NCBI GenBank assembly: GCA_959606405.1 | Contig: CAUHIY010000001.1 | Location: 1 to 48,939 of the forward strand | Length of the DNA stretch: 48,939 nucleotides | Direction: 5' to 3' | DNA from: an uncultured Collinsella sp. | GTDB lineage: Bacteria > Actinomycetota > Coriobacteriia > Coriobacteriales > Coriobacteriaceae | In this document: piece after piece, positions 33,553 through 41,137 of the stretch | Layout of the letters: each line of letters begins with the position of its first letter | Position numbering within the stretch: position 1 is the first letter of the stretch | Notes under the pieces: generated by a model | Databases searched by the model: none | The model's input: the letters and a program-made list of their open reading frames with translations, nothing else | Told to the model about the DNA's origin: nothing | Translations under genes and position numbers: made by a program

Positions 33553-34964
33553 TATCCGATCGCTCCTTCCATCTCGAGCTTGATCAGGTTGTTCATCTCG
33601 ACGGCGTACTCCAGCGGCAACTCCTTGGAGACCGGGTTGGCAAAGCCGTTGACGATCATGGTGCGGGCCTCTTCCTCCGAGATGCCGCGGCTCATCAGGT
33701 AGAACACCTTGTCGTCGCCGATGCGGCCGATGGTGGCCTCGTGGCCGATGTCGACGTTCTTGGCGCGGATGTCCATGGCGGGGATAGTGTCGGAGCGGCT
33801 CTGGTCGTCGAGCATCAGTGACTGGCAGCTCACGGTTGCCTTGGAGCCCTCGGCCTTGGGCGTGGCCACGATGGAGCTGCGGAACGTCTGGATGCCGCCG
33901 CTCTTGGAGATGCCCTTGGTCTCGACCGTTGCCGAGGTCTCGGGCGCGTTGAGCACGACCTTGCAGCCGGTGTCGAGGTTCTGACCGGCGCCGGCAAAGG
34001 TGATGCCGGTAAAGCTCGAGCGGGCGCGGCGGCCATTGAGCACGCTCATGGGGTAGAGGTAGCCCACGTGGCTGCCGAAGGAGCCACTGATCCACTCGAT
34101 GTCGCCGTCCTCGTCCACGCGCGCACGCTTGGTGTTGAGGTTGTACATGTTCTTGGACCAGTTTTCGATGGTCGAGTAGCGCAGGTGCGCACGCTTGCCC
34201 ACAAAGAGTTCGACGGCGCCGGCGTGGAGGTTGGCCACGTTGTACTTGGGCGCGGAGCAGCCCTCGATAAAGTGCAGGTCGGCGTCGTCTTCGACAATGA
34301 TGAGCGTGTGCTCAAACTGGCCGGCGCCCTTGGCGTTGAGGCGGAAGTAGCTCTGCAGCGGAAAATCGAGCTTGGTGCCCTTGGGCACGTAGACAAAAGA
34401 GCCGCCCGACCACACGGCGCCGTGCAGGGCCGCAAACTTGTGGTCGGTGGGCGGGATGAGCGTCATAAACTTCTCGTGGATGAGCGGCTCCCACTGCGGA
34501 TCGTGCAGGGCCTCCTCGATGCCGGAGTAGACGATGCCCATCTTGGACGCCGTGTCCTGCATGTTGTGGTAGACCAGCTCGGAGTCGTACTGCGCGCCAA
34601 CGCCCGCCAGGTAGCTGCGCTCGGCCTCGGGGATGCCCAGGCGCTCAAAGGTGTTCTTGATGTCGTCGGGCACCGACTCCCAGTCGTGCTTTTGGTCGGT
34701 GTTGGGCTTGACGTAGGTGACGATGTTGTCCATGTCCAGGCCCTCGATGGAGGGACCCCACGTCGGGTCGGGGAAGCGGTTGAAGATCTCGAGGGACTTG
34801 AGGCGCAGGTCGAGCATCCACTGCGGCTCGTCCTTCTTGGCGCTGATCTCGCGCACGATGTCGGGCGTGATGCCGGCGTCGAGGCGCTCGAATCCCTCCT
34901 CGCCATAGGTGAAGTCGTAGAGGCTGCGGTCGATGTCCGCGACCTCGGTGCGGTTCTTGGTCAT
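33552..34964 (-). CDS. sufB: Fe-S cluster assembly protein SufB
   Basis: GVGAQYDSE, GQFEHTLI, EGCSAP, RYSTIENW, HEAT.G, YLMSRG and ELPLEYAVE. Confidence 0.97.
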   Translation of the reverse strand: MTKNRTEVADIDRSLYDFTYGEEGFERLDAGITPDIVREISAKKDEPQWMLDLRLKSLEIFNRFPDPTWGPSIEGLDMDNIVTYVKPNTDQKHDWESVPDDIKNTFERLGIPEAERSYLAGVGAQYDSELVYHNMQDTASKMGIVYSGIEEALHDPQWEPLIHEKFMTLIPPTDHKFAALHGAVWSGGSFVYVPKGTKLDFPLQSYFRLNAKGAGQFEHTLIIVEDDADLHFIEGCSAPKYNVANLHAGAVELFVGKRAHLRYSTIENWSKNMYNLNTKRARVDEDGDIEWISGSFGSHVGYLYPMSVLNGRRARSSFTGITFAGAGQNLDTGCKVVLNAPETSATVETKGISKSGGIQTFRSSIVATPKAEGSKATVSCQSLMLDDQSRSDTIPAMDIRAKNVDIGHEATIGRIGDDKVFYLMSRGISEEEARTMIVNGFANPVSKELPLEYAVEMNNLIKLEMEGAIG

Positions 34965-34976
34965 TGCGTTGCCCCT

Positions 34977-35777
34977 TTACGCCTGCTGCTCGGCAGCGGC
35001 GGCCTCGGCCTGGGCGCGCTGCTCCTCGGCCTCGCGCTCGAAGGTCTCAAAGCCGTTCTTGTCGATCCAGGGGATGAGCGAGGCGTCGTCCTCGCGCACG
35101 ATGTGGCCCTTGACCATAACGTGGACGCGGTCGACATCCAGGTGCTCCAGGATGCGCGTGTTGTGCGTGATGATGAGCATGGAGCCGTCGCAGCTCTTGC
35201 GGTAGGCGTCCATGCCATGGCTGACGGTGGAAAGGGCGTCGACGTCCAGGCCGGAGTCGGTTTCGTCCAGGATGGCGAGCTTGGGCTGCAACAGCAAAAG
35301 CTGGAGCATCTCGACCTTCTTCTTCTCGCCGCCCGAGAAGCCCACGCCCAGCTCGCGGTTGAGATAGGCGGTATCCATGTTGAGCTCGGCCGCGAGCTCC
35401 TTCACGCGGCGGCGGAACTCCTTACCCTTCATCTCCAGGCCGGGGCGGCCGGCGATGCTGGCGCGCAAAAAGCTCGACAGCGGCACGCCCGGAATCTCGA
35501 CCGGGGCCTGGAAGCTCAGGAACAGGCCGGCGCGCGAGCGCTTGTCGGTGGTGAGCTCGGTGATGTCCTGGCCATCAAAGACGATGCGGCCGTCGTTGAC
35601 CGTGTAGATGGGGTCGCCCATGACCAGGTGGCCGAGGGTGGACTTGCCGGCGCCGTTGGGTCCCATCAGCACGTGGGTCTCGCCGGCGGCGACGTTGAGG
35701 TTGACGTTGTGGAGGATGGTCTTCTCGTCCACGGAGGCGGTCAGACCTTCGATGGAAAGCAGCGGATTTGCGCTCAT
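34977..35777 (-). CDS. sufC: Fe-S cluster assembly ATPase SufC
   Basis: GPNGAGKS, FQAPVEIPGV, GFSGGEKK and LDETDSGLD. Confidence 0.96.
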   Translation of the reverse strand: MSANPLLSIEGLTASVDEKTILHNVNLNVAAGETHVLMGPNGAGKSTLGHLVMGDPIYTVNDGRIVFDGQDITELTTDKRSRAGLFLSFQAPVEIPGVPLSSFLRASIAGRPGLEMKGKEFRRRVKELAAELNMDTAYLNRELGVGFSGGEKKKVEMLQLLLLQPKLAILDETDSGLDVDALSTVSHGMDAYRKSCDGSMLIITHNTRILEHLDVDRVHVMVKGHIVREDDASLIPWIDKNGFETFEREAEEQRAQAEAAAAEQQA

Positions 35778-35873
35778 GCTGTCCCTCTCTGTATATGGTG
35801 TACTCATAGGCGTACTAAACCCTAGGAATCTTCTCGGAATAAAGTTACTATGGGTTCGGCGTTAGTCAAGGGA

Positions 35874-35898
35874 AAACCCGACTAATCCACTCGACTTT
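35874..35898. promoter_or_regulatory. Putative IscR/Rrf2 type-1 operator
   Basis: AAACCCGACTAATCCACTCGACTTT resembles IscR type-1 sites (YYGACT-N5-AGTCRR) and sits next to the suf -35 (TTGACT, minus strand 35864-35869). Confidence 0.55.
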
Positions 35899-35904
35899 TC
35901 AAAT

Positions 35905-35983
35905 TCTGGGACAAAATAACCTGTTGTGTTTGTCTCATTTACTTAAGATTTGGGACAAACAAAGCTGGTTATATTGTCCCAGA
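35905..35983. repeat. 79-bp imperfect palindrome, GGGAC-tagged family D
   Basis: TCTGGGACAAAATAACC...CTTAAG...GGTTATATTGTCCCAGA, built from two inverted GGGAC...GTCYC subunits. Confidence 0.8.
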
Positions 35984-36001
35984 TGCGATGGGAGGGTAGG
36001 T

Positions 36002-36433
36002 ATGCTCATTTCTTCCAAGGGCCGCTATGCCCTCCGGCTGATGATCTATATCGCGGCGCTGGGCGACGCCGAGGGCAAGATTGCCCTGCGCGAGGTTGCC
36101 GACCGCGAGCATATCTCACAAAAGTATTTGGAGCAGCTGGTTCGTCCGCTTATGAAGGCGGGCCTGCTTAAGAGCGTGCGCGGCAAGGGCGGTGGCTACA
36201 TGATGGCCAAGGATCCAGCCGAGGTGCGTGCCGGCGACATCCTGCGCGCCGTCGAGGGCAGCACGGCTCCGGTGGCGTGCGATGGCATCGACAACAGCTG
36301 CACCCGTAGCGATTTGTGCTCGACCGTCAAGTTCTGGCGCGGCCTGGACGACGTGATCGAAAAGTACGTCGACGGCGTGACGTTGGCCGACCTGGCCGCC
36401 GTTCCCGAAATCAACTTTGACATTAAGCTGTAG
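36002..36433 (+). CDS. Rrf2-family regulator, IscR-like with three Cys
   Basis: ISSKGRYALR, ISQKYLEQL, SVRGKGGGY and C-x6-C-x5-C; RBS GGAGG; divergent from suf. Confidence 0.92.
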   Translation: MLISSKGRYALRLMIYIAALGDAEGKIALREVADREHISQKYLEQLVRPLMKAGLLKSVRGKGGGYMMAKDPAEVRAGDILRAVEGSTAPVACDGIDNSCTRSDLCSTVKFWRGLDDVIEKYVDGVTLADLAAVPEINFDIKL

Positions 36434-36441
36434 GGCTGCAA

Positions 36442-36729
36442 ATGGCATCTCTCGACAAGGTGTGCAAACAAATCGAAGTTTTTGCTCGGGAATGTGACGC
36501 CGAGAAGGTTGTGCTGTTTGGTTCTCGTGCTCGAGGCGACAACTTACCCAAGAGCGATATTGACATCGCCGTAGCAGGTTGTCGGGATTTCGGCCGTTTC
36601 TCATATTTGATCGAGGAGCGTCTTGATACTCTTTTAGATGTAGATGTCGTCAATCTCGACGAGTCCTTGTCGCAGCAATTGCTCGATGAAATTGCCAGGG
36701 ATGGTGTGATTCTGTATGAAAAAATATGA
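36442..36729 (+). CDS. Minimal nucleotidyltransferase (MNT)
   Basis: LFGSRARGD...SDIDI, VDVV and EIARDGVILYE. Confidence 0.9.
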   Translation: MASLDKVCKQIEVFARECDAEKVVLFGSRARGDNLPKSDIDIAVAGCRDFGRFSYLIEERLDTLLDVDVVNLDESLSQQLLDEIARDGVILYEKI

Positions 36730-37135
36730 GAACTTTGCCAGTGCCTTGGCGAATCTTGAGGATGCGCCCAATCAGGATCTCAACAATGATTTTGTTCAGA
36801 GTGGATTGATTAATAAGTTCAATCTTCAATTTGAACTGAGCTGGAAGCTCCTTAAGCGTCTGCTCGAGTATGAGGGTGCCACGCTTGCCGCGTCGGGGTC
36901 TCCTCGTGCCATCTTGAAGGAGTCGTACCGATTCTATGACTTTATTGATGAGGCGGCCTGGCTAGATATGCTCAGAGACCGCAATACGAACGTCCATATC
37001 TATGACAACAAGCTCGCTCAAGATTTGATTCAGCGCATCTTGAACGTCTATATTCCCGCTTTCTGTCAGTTGAGGGACGGGCTGATGGAGCGATACGGCG
37101 AGCTTCTGATGGCGCCCGACGACCAGTTTGTTTAA
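36716..37135 (+). CDS. HEPN/HI0074-family partner protein
   Basis: GLI.KF.LQFELSWKLLK, SPR.IL and W.DML.DRNTNVHIY (Rx4H); overlaps the MNT gene. Confidence 0.88.
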   Translation: MKKYENFASALANLEDAPNQDLNNDFVQSGLINKFNLQFELSWKLLKRLLEYEGATLAASGSPRAILKESYRFYDFIDEAAWLDMLRDRNTNVHIYDNKLAQDLIQRILNVYIPAFCQLRDGLMERYGELLMAPDDQFV

Positions 37136-37263
37136 TTCCTTAAGATTTCGCGGAGGGTTGTTGCCGTTTACCGAGGGGTTGTTGTGCAACAACGGGCGAG
37201 CTGCAATACTTATTTTTATCTTTGCAAACTGAACTTTAACTACACCAATGCAGGGAGGATCTT

Positions 37264-39081
37264 ATGCAGCCCAAGCATTCTGCGATTGTCGCGGGCCTGA
37301 CGCTGGCGCTTTCGTTTGGCGCCGTTTCCGCGCCGGCACCCGCCGCTGCCGAGGAGCCCACGCCAGGCGTTGCCTCGGATGCCACCGATATCGATAAGGG
37401 TCTCTACACCCAGCAGTCTTTCTCGGGCGTGCTGAGGTCGGTCCAGGGTGTCTCGTTTGTCAACGTGACTCCCGAGATGAAGTACTTCACCAAATATGAG
37501 AGCCATGGCAACTATAACCAGGGCTTTTCGTATGGCGACGGTTATAACGCGCTGGGCTATTACCAGTTCGACCGCCGTTGGTCGCTCATCCCGTTTATGA
37601 AGCAGGCCTACAACTACAACCCTGAAAAATACAGCATGCTCAAGGATGCGATTGATCGCGGCAGCGAGATTTCCAACACGAGCAATGCCATGTACGAGAA
37701 CGGCCAGCTCACCGAGTTGGGCCGTATCGCTCAGGATGCCTTCCAAGGTGCGTACAACACCGATCCTGTTGAGTTCTCAGCACTTCAAGATGCCTATGCG
37801 TACAACTCGTACTATGCGGTGACCGAGGCGTGGCTCAAGAGCGGCCTTGGTATTGATATTTCGGGCCGTGCCGATTGCGTCAAGGGCATGGTGTGGAGCA
37901 TTACCAACATGTGCGGCACCGGTGGCTGCAGGGACTTCTTCCGCTGGGCGAATCTTTCTAATGATATGACTGACCGTGAGTTTGTGACGGCGCTCTCCAA
38001 TAGCGTGGTCAACAATGTCGCCACCAAGTATTCGAGCCAGCCCCAGTATCATGAGGGCTGGAAGAACCGTTATAAGAATGAGCTGAAGGACTGCTTGGCT
38101 TATATCGCCGAGGACGAGGCCGCTGCCGCTGCGACGCCCGTGCAGCCCGAGCCTACACCGGCGCCCTCGCCGACACCTGATTCGAATGACGACTCGAGTG
38201 ACGATGCCAACGATGACAGGATGGATGCGCCCTCGACCGATGCTGACGGTAATGGCTCTGCTGGTGGCACTACCAACGACGGCTCTACCTCGAACGGCTC
38301 CAATTCGAACGGCTCTGCTGCGGGCGATTCGTCTTCAAGCTCTGCCGGCAATACGGACAGCGACGCTTCTGGTTCGACCGACGCTGACACCTCTAACTCA
38401 TCCACCGGCTCGAGCGATTCGTCCGTTGACACCGGCTCTAACAACGGCTCTGGCTCTGACGCAACCCCTGATTCCGATGCTTCCAAGGACGACTCGAATA
38501 AGGCGCCGGACGCTCCCGTTGCTTCGCCGGACAAGAAGCCTTCTTTCTCCGAGCAGCTTGGTTCTACGCTGGGTTCTTCGCTGATGGCTGGCGTCAATAA
38601 CGGCTCGGCCCAGAACAAGGACAACTCTGATCAGGCTTCCACGGAAAAGACCGAAGCCGCAAAGGGCGACTCCAAGGATAAGGCTTCCGAGAAGGTTGAA
38701 TCCGATAAGGGTTCTAGCTCTGATGAGAAGGACGACAAGTCCGCTCAGAAGAAGGACGAGGACAAGAAGTCTGAATCTGAGGAGAAGGACAAGAACAAGG
38801 ACAAGACCGAGGACGGAAAGCAGCAGGGCGAGGACAGCAGTAAGGGCAACACCGACAACCAGAACCAAGAGCAAAATGACTCCAAGACGGTGACCACTAC
38901 AACCACCACTACAACGACTAAGACTTCGGGCGGTAACATGCCCAAGACGGGCGACCTTATCGTTATGGCGAGCCTTGCCAGCGCGAGCTTGGCCACGCTG
39001 GGCGCTACGTCTATCGTAAGTGGTAAGCATAAGCTCGATCAGCAGAAGAAGGCTTCTGGGGAGGACGACTCGGGGGAGTAG
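37264..39081 (+). CDS. Secreted, sortase-anchored surface protein with a putative lysozyme-like N-terminal domain
   Basis: Signal peptide ending APAAA; KYES.G.Y...S.GDGYNALGYYQF; S/D/G-rich and K/D/E-rich linker; MPKTG followed by a hydrophobic stretch and charged tail. Confidence 0.8.
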   Translation: MQPKHSAIVAGLTLALSFGAVSAPAPAAAEEPTPGVASDATDIDKGLYTQQSFSGVLRSVQGVSFVNVTPEMKYFTKYESHGNYNQGFSYGDGYNALGYYQFDRRWSLIPFMKQAYNYNPEKYSMLKDAIDRGSEISNTSNAMYENGQLTELGRIAQDAFQGAYNTDPVEFSALQDAYAYNSYYAVTEAWLKSGLGIDISGRADCVKGMVWSITNMCGTGGCRDFFRWANLSNDMTDREFVTALSNSVVNNVATKYSSQPQYHEGWKNRYKNELKDCLAYIAEDEAAAAATPVQPEPTPAPSPTPDSNDDSSDDANDDRMDAPSTDADGNGSAGGTTNDGSTSNGSNSNGSAAGDSSSSSAGNTDSDASGSTDADTSNSSTGSSDSSVDTGSNNGSGSDATPDSDASKDDSNKAPDAPVASPDKKPSFSEQLGSTLGSSLMAGVNNGSAQNKDNSDQASTEKTEAAKGDSKDKASEKVESDKGSSSDEKDDKSAQKKDEDKKSESEEKDKNKDKTEDGKQQGEDSSKGNTDNQNQEQNDSKTVTTTTTTTTTKTSGGNMPKTGDLIVMASLASASLATLGATSIVSGKHKLDQQKKASGEDDSGE

Positions 39082-39113
39082 GCTCTCAGTTGCCAGATAA
39101 CTAAATAGTCGGG

Positions 39114-39148
39114 ACGGGGTCCGGTGCGAATGTATCGGGCCCCGTTTT
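39114..39148 (+). terminator. Terminator after the surface-protein gene
   Basis: ACGGGGTCCGGTGC-GAAT-GTATCGGGCCCCGT followed by TTTG. Confidence 0.65.
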
Positions 39149-39283
39149 GTTGTGCAACGATTAATTGTGCCCCCTCACACCTCTTGTTACTACCGTTGCC
39201 CGATATGTTTGCGCGGCGACATCGGTACATGCGATGCGGTCATTACAATTGGCATCGTGCTGCGATTTAGGGGGAACGTTTTG

Positions 39284-41113
39284 GTGTCTGAACAGGCAAA
39301 TGTTGATTGTGCTGCTGGCTTTGGCGTGCGTTTGATCGGCTGTGCCGACGATGCGGCTTTGCCCATTGGCATGCACGACTATGCGGAGGCTCTTGGTTGC
39401 TGCACGCTGGTCGACAAGACCATGTTTATTGCCGATGTGTTGGACTGCGACGCGTCCGTTGTGGTGTGCTGTCGACCCGAGGGTTTTGGCAAAAGCATGA
39501 ACTTGTCGACGCTCAGGGCTTTTCTGGAGCGTCCAGCGGTTGGTCGCGCTGATCAGCGTTTGTTTGCCAATGCTCAGATTTGGGATGCAGACGGTGGGCG
39601 CTATCGGGATGAATATGCTTGCTATCCGGTGATATCGCTGGACTTTTCTGGCGCTGCGAGGCGTGGTGCCGCTATTGCCGACGTCGTGCGCGATGCCCTT
39701 TCGGGCGAGTGCGCTCGCTTGTTGGCGCTCTTGGAGGCTCCTGATTTAGCTCGAGATAAGGTGCGTCACATCGAACGTGTTGCGCGTGGCGTGGCGAGCG
39801 CGGACGAGGTTGACTCGGTGCTCGGTGTGCTCATTGAGCTGCTGGAGATGGCCTGCGATGAGCAGGTTGTATTGCTCGTTGATGGGTACGATGCGGCGTG
39901 GTCTCGCCGTGCGAGCGCGAGGGACGCTTCCGACGCCGATCCGGCAGGGCTATTCGATCGCGTGCTGTTCGACGCCATTGCCACTGCGCGCGATTCGTTG
40001 CGGCTGACGTGTCTGATGGGGGAGTGTCCCGGTCCTGCCGAAGCGGCGCTTTCTTCGCGCAGTTGTTCGTATTGTCTGTCGACGCCGCTTTCGACGTGGT
40101 GTGACCGTTGGTTCGGCTTTTCGGATGCCGAGGTCCAGGCTCTGTTGAATCATGCTGGGCGCGAGGAATACCTTGATGATGCGCGTGAATGGCGCGAGGA
40201 ATACCTTGATGATGCGCGTGAATGGCTCGAGGGATATCGGTTTGGTAGGGCCTATTGCTCGAGTCCAGCGCGTGTGATCGGTTTTCTGGACCGAGGTTGC
40301 ACGGCGCCTGTGCGCGCCGATCTGTATGGGTATGCAGATTGCCTGAGTAGGGTAGTTGCCGGGTGGAATCTCGACCGCCTTTCGGTCTTGTTTGATTTGC
40401 TCGAGGCCCATGGGTGTGCTGAGGTCCCGCTTTGTTTGGGCACTGCAGAGCCAGATGTCTCGCCTGACGATGGCATGTGGACAGCGCTGTATCTGTCCGG
40501 TTTTCTCACGACGGATATGACTGAGGAGCCAGAGCATGGCGATCGGCTCCGTGCTTTGCGATTGCCCAATAACGAGCTTCGCCAGGCCTTGCGTCTAGTG
40601 ATTGTTGAGTGGTTTGAGTGCGCTGCCGAAGACATTCGAGACGTCGATGCGTTTCGCGACGGGCTGTGCCGTGGGAACGAGGATACCGTGAGGCGGGCGC
40701 TAAGTCGCATCCTGGGGGATGCGGGAATCGGTGAGACCGACCCAGATACGCCGCTGCCATATCATCTGCTCTTGCAGGGGCTCTGCTTTGGCTTGCCGGG
40801 CTATGCCAATCCTGCCTCGAGGCGAAAGTGTGGCGCGAGTCGCTGGGACATCCAGGTTTTCCCTACGGGCACTGTGCTCGACGTAGCAGACACGATTGGC
40901 ATGCTGGACGAGCGCCCGCTTATAACGATCAATATGATGTATGACCCCGATGTGGATGCGCTGGGGTTGGAATTGCTGGCCGTGCAGTCGCTACTCGACA
41001 TAGAGCGCGACGGCATCGACGATATCCGTGTGCCGCGCCCCGGCGTGGGTCGCATGCGCTGGGGGTTCGGTTTTGATGGGCAGCATGTGGCTACGGTGTG
41101 CCAGCGGCTTTAA
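39284..41113 (+). CDS. Degenerate AAA-ATPase-like plus PD-(D/E)xK (PDDEXK_9-type) protein
   Basis: LPIG..DY, VDKTMFI, RPEGFGKS, YPVISLDF, FGFS..EV, W.EGYRFG, LYLSGFLT and LPN.E; several catalytic positions altered; start is TTG 39281 or GTG 39284. Confidence 0.8.
   Translation: MSEQANVDCAAGFGVRLIGCADDAALPIGMHDYAEALGCCTLVDKTMFIADVLDCDASVVVCCRPEGFGKSMNLSTLRAFLERPAVGRADQRLFANAQIWDADGGRYRDEYACYPVISLDFSGAARRGAAIADVVRDALSGECARLLALLEAPDLARDKVRHIERVARGVASADEVDSVLGVLIELLEMACDEQVVLLVDGYDAAWSRRASARDASDADPAGLFDRVLFDAIATARDSLRLTCLMGECPGPAEAALSSRSCSYCLSTPLSTWCDRWFGFSDAEVQALLNHAGREEYLDDAREWREEYLDDAREWLEGYRFGRAYCSSPARVIGFLDRGCTAPVRADLYGYADCLSRVVAGWNLDRLSVLFDLLEAHGCAEVPLCLGTAEPDVSPDDGMWTALYLSGFLTTDMTEEPEHGDRLRALRLPNNELRQALRLVIVEWFECAAEDIRDVDAFRDGLCRGNEDTVRRALSRILGDAGIGETDPDTPLPYHLLLQGLCFGLPGYANPASRRKCGASRWDIQVFPTGTVLDVADTIGMLDERPLITINMMYDPDVDALGLELLAVQSLLDIERDGIDDIRVPRPGVGRMRWGFGFDGQHVATVCQRL
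40158..40223 (+). repeat. Perfect in-frame 33-bp tandem duplication
   Basis: GGCGCGAGGAATACCTTGATGATGCGCGTGAAT twice, encoding REEYLDDAREW twice. Confidence 0.95.
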
Positions 41114-41137
41114 GCGCTGAGGTGTTTCCGGCTTCCG

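Noticed and set aside
33553..34095. 604-aa SufD with a long N-terminal extension, as given by the ORF track
   Set aside because: The extension overlaps sufB in another frame; the ATG at 33552, coupled to the sufB stop, is the plausible start.
38890..38925. Poly-Thr codon run as a phase-variable simple repeat
   Set aside because: Codons are mixed (ACC, ACT, ACA, ACG) and in triplets, so slippage would not switch the frame.
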